Positions 62,142-64,000 of a stretch of DNA of 64,000 nt are shown piece by piece. Origin of the DNA: Patescibacteria group bacterium (GTDB lineage Bacteria > Patescibacteriota > Microgenomatia > UBA10105 > UBA927); contig JBMOPU010000012.1 of assembly GCA_049322955.1 (NCBI GenBank), forward strand, positions 311,032 through 375,031. The letters are read 5' to 3'. The notes below the pieces were generated by a model. That model saw nothing but the letters and a program-made list of their open reading frames with translations. It ran no database searches and was not told the origin of the DNA. The stretch's first letter is position 1, and each line of letters starts with the position of its first letter. The position numbers were made by a program, and so were the translations under genes.

Positions 62142-62405
62142 TCCCCGTTACCACTCCGTTATTTGTCTTTTCGTCTGCAATTCCCGAAGGAATAAGACTC
62201 ATCAGTCCCGCTTGTGTGGCGGGAGAAGACAGGGGATGTAGCGAGTAGCGCGAGAAAAAAGTGATGCTCCACAATACGGAACACAATTTTTTCGTATATC
62301 CCCCCGACAAAGGTATTATTTTTCTTTTCCCGACGCAGAGAGCGCGGGACAAGAAAAAGCGGGAAGTCACCGTACGGTGACTTCCCTTCGTACATTGTGA
62401 TGCTG

Positions 62406-63152
62406 TTATTGCGTGAAGATGACCAACTGACCGTTATTGTAGAGTTCAGCCCAGCGCTGAAGTTTCTTCCATGATGCGATGTCATCGCGTGAATTCGCCG
62501 GTTCGGGCAGGTTGTTGGTCCAGTTGCCGTTGCCGCCGTTGCTGATGCACACATTGGTGGCGCGGATGCGGTTTCTGCCTCCCGTCGGTCCGTCCTTCCA
62601 GTCCCAGTTGAGCAGGTCATGTAGCTCCTGCGCGGTGATTGGCTCGGCGGGCGGCGAAAGAACAACGCCTTGAAGTGACGAGCAATCGGCGCCGGTAGGC
62701 TGGTTGCTTTGCGTGGCACTGCTGACGACGCCGGGTGATGTGGGCGCCGTGGTAGCGTTTCCTGCTTCCATCTGGTTGACGACGCCGTTAGCGACCGCAT
62801 TGTCTGGTAGGGTCTGTCCGCCGTTATTGACCACGGGAACCGTGACCGTGTCATCTGTTTTCTTGACGACGCCGTTAGCGACCGCTTGCTCAGGCAAGGT
62901 CTGACCACCGTTGTTCACGACTGCGCCTGTGTCTTCATTAGCGTTGACCTGCTGTCCGGGCGCTTCGGTCGGACAATTATCGCTTTTCGCCGGGTCGCAC
63001 TTGGCGGCCGCGGATGTGATGCCCAGCGTTCCCAGCATGAGCGCGAGAATCAGCAGGGCGTTAAACCATCTATTTTGTGTGAATGTCATGTTGTCCTCCA
63101 TTTTCCATTCATCATGGAAACGGGGTTTGCCATCGGATGTGACGTGCGTCAT
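62406..63152 (-). CDS. Secreted repeat protein
   Basis: Probable start MTFTQNRWFNALLILALMLGTLGITSAAAKC (signal peptide, possible lipobox); internal duplicated block VVNNGGQTLP(E/D)(Q/N)AVANGVV. Confidence 0.55.
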   Translation of the reverse strand: MTHVTSDGKPRFHDEWKMEDNMTFTQNRWFNALLILALMLGTLGITSAAAKCDPAKSDNCPTEAPGQQVNANEDTGAVVNNGGQTLPEQAVANGVVKKTDDTVTVPVVNNGGQTLPDNAVANGVVNQMEAGNATTAPTSPGVVSSATQSNQPTGADCSSLQGVVLSPPAEPITAQELHDLLNWDWKDGPTGGRNRIRATNVCISNGGNGNWTNNLPEPANSRDDIASWKKLQRWAELYNNGQLVIFTQ

Positions 63153-63585
63153 TAATCCGGTGACCTCTGTTGGTTTTACGGCAACCTCTAGACCACGGGC
63201 AACCCATGGTTTCGATCGGCAATGTCTGTCAGATTGGAAGGCGAAACAGGCTTCCGTTGACAGCTGACTTTTTCAAGATAAGCCCATATGGTGACCTACC
63301 TTGTGTCGTGCTTGGCATCACCTCCTTTGTGTGATGTTTTTAATTTTTTTGTTGAAAAAATGACAATTTCATTTATTCAATTTCCATATTTTCTTTCCCC
63401 ATTTGTATCGTTGTTATTCCCCTTTCTATGGGGAGCAAATACGCTCCGCATAAAGGGGGGAATAACGGTCAGTAGGGGAATACATCATTGGTTTGGAGGT
63501 TGTACGAACTATACCTTTGTCTTGTTAAAGTGCATGCACCGTTTTTCCGTAACTGCCGCGAATAGCAGGGGAAAAAGTTCTGCAT

Positions 63586-63611
63586 AAAAAAACCGGGTTA
63601 TTTGTGCCCGG
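63586..63611 (-). terminator. Intrinsic terminator
   Basis: Minus-strand hairpin ccgggcacaaataacccgg followed by ttttttta, 70 nt downstream of the stop of 63681..63947. Confidence 0.45.
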
Positions 63612-63680
63612 AAGCAATGATTATAGGCTCAGATTAACCCTACTGTCAAGGCTAAATAGGGCAAAAACGAGAGAGCACTG

Positions 63681-63947
63681 CTACCGAAAGTGCCGGGGCT
63701 TGGGCAAAGATATCATGCGGTCCATACGCGGCTGTCTTCGCGGGAATCCGTGGTGTTCGTATTCCTCGGGTGATGCTACCCGCATATGGTGTTTGCGAAA
63801 ATACGCTTCCAGAGCAGGACGGATACTTTCAGGGTCGACGCTTCGGTTAACGATATCGCTGACGTCTGCCAGATGCGGGTGCCCTTTATCGTCAAAAACA
63901 AGGATTTGTTTCAGGGCTTCCGGGATCATCAATTTCCATGATAGCAC
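63681..63947 (-). CDS. Hypothetical protein
   Basis: 88-aa ORF followed by a terminator. Confidence 0.35.
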   Translation of the reverse strand: MLSWKLMIPEALKQILVFDDKGHPHLADVSDIVNRSVDPESIRPALEAYFRKHHMRVASPEEYEHHGFPRRQPRMDRMISLPKPRHFR

Positions 63948-64000
63948 GAGCGTATCGGCGGATTATCTTGTGCGGGGGTATTTTTGGTGTTTTTGGCGTC

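Noticed and set aside
62159-62908. Minus-strand 249-aa ORF in an alternate frame
   Set aside because: Arg/Ser/Thr-rich junk-like translation; the overlapping 62406..63152 frame has a signal peptide and internal repeats.

Overview
The window looks like a moderately GC-mixed genome from an uncultivated bacterium; many features are typical of CPR/Patescibacteria, but the lineage is an inference (split ComEC, sortase plus DUF11 surface protein, giant proteins, many ORFans). Recognisable genes: leuS, comEA and a split comEC, a putative arginine operon (argH, argG, two divergent transcarbamylases, argS) preceded by a T-box-like antiterminator/terminator leader, an NRAMP transporter with an adjacent PRC/MgtE_N/CBS sensor protein, an IMPase-family phosphatase, lepA, a convergent overlapping GT-C-like/GT2 glycosyltransferase pair, a sortase locus, an M16 peptidase and an adenylate-kinase-like protein. 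The most unusual content is: (1) a >1000-aa minus-strand collagen-like (G-X-T)n protein at the window start, with an N-terminal XerC/D-type integrase SAM-like domain followed by one TM helix; (2) a GC-rich block of secreted/lipoprotein genes (40.3-44.8 kb) flanked by two ~0.8-kb ORF-free regions dense in stable hairpins, the first of which may be a structured ncRNA; (3) a 1939-aa giant protein in an operon with a Maf-like protein and small ORFans; (4) tandem transcarbamylases that each appear to retain only half of the canonical active-site motifs. No tRNA, rRNA or CRISPR array was found. Alternative start coordinates derived by eye may be off by 1-2 nt.
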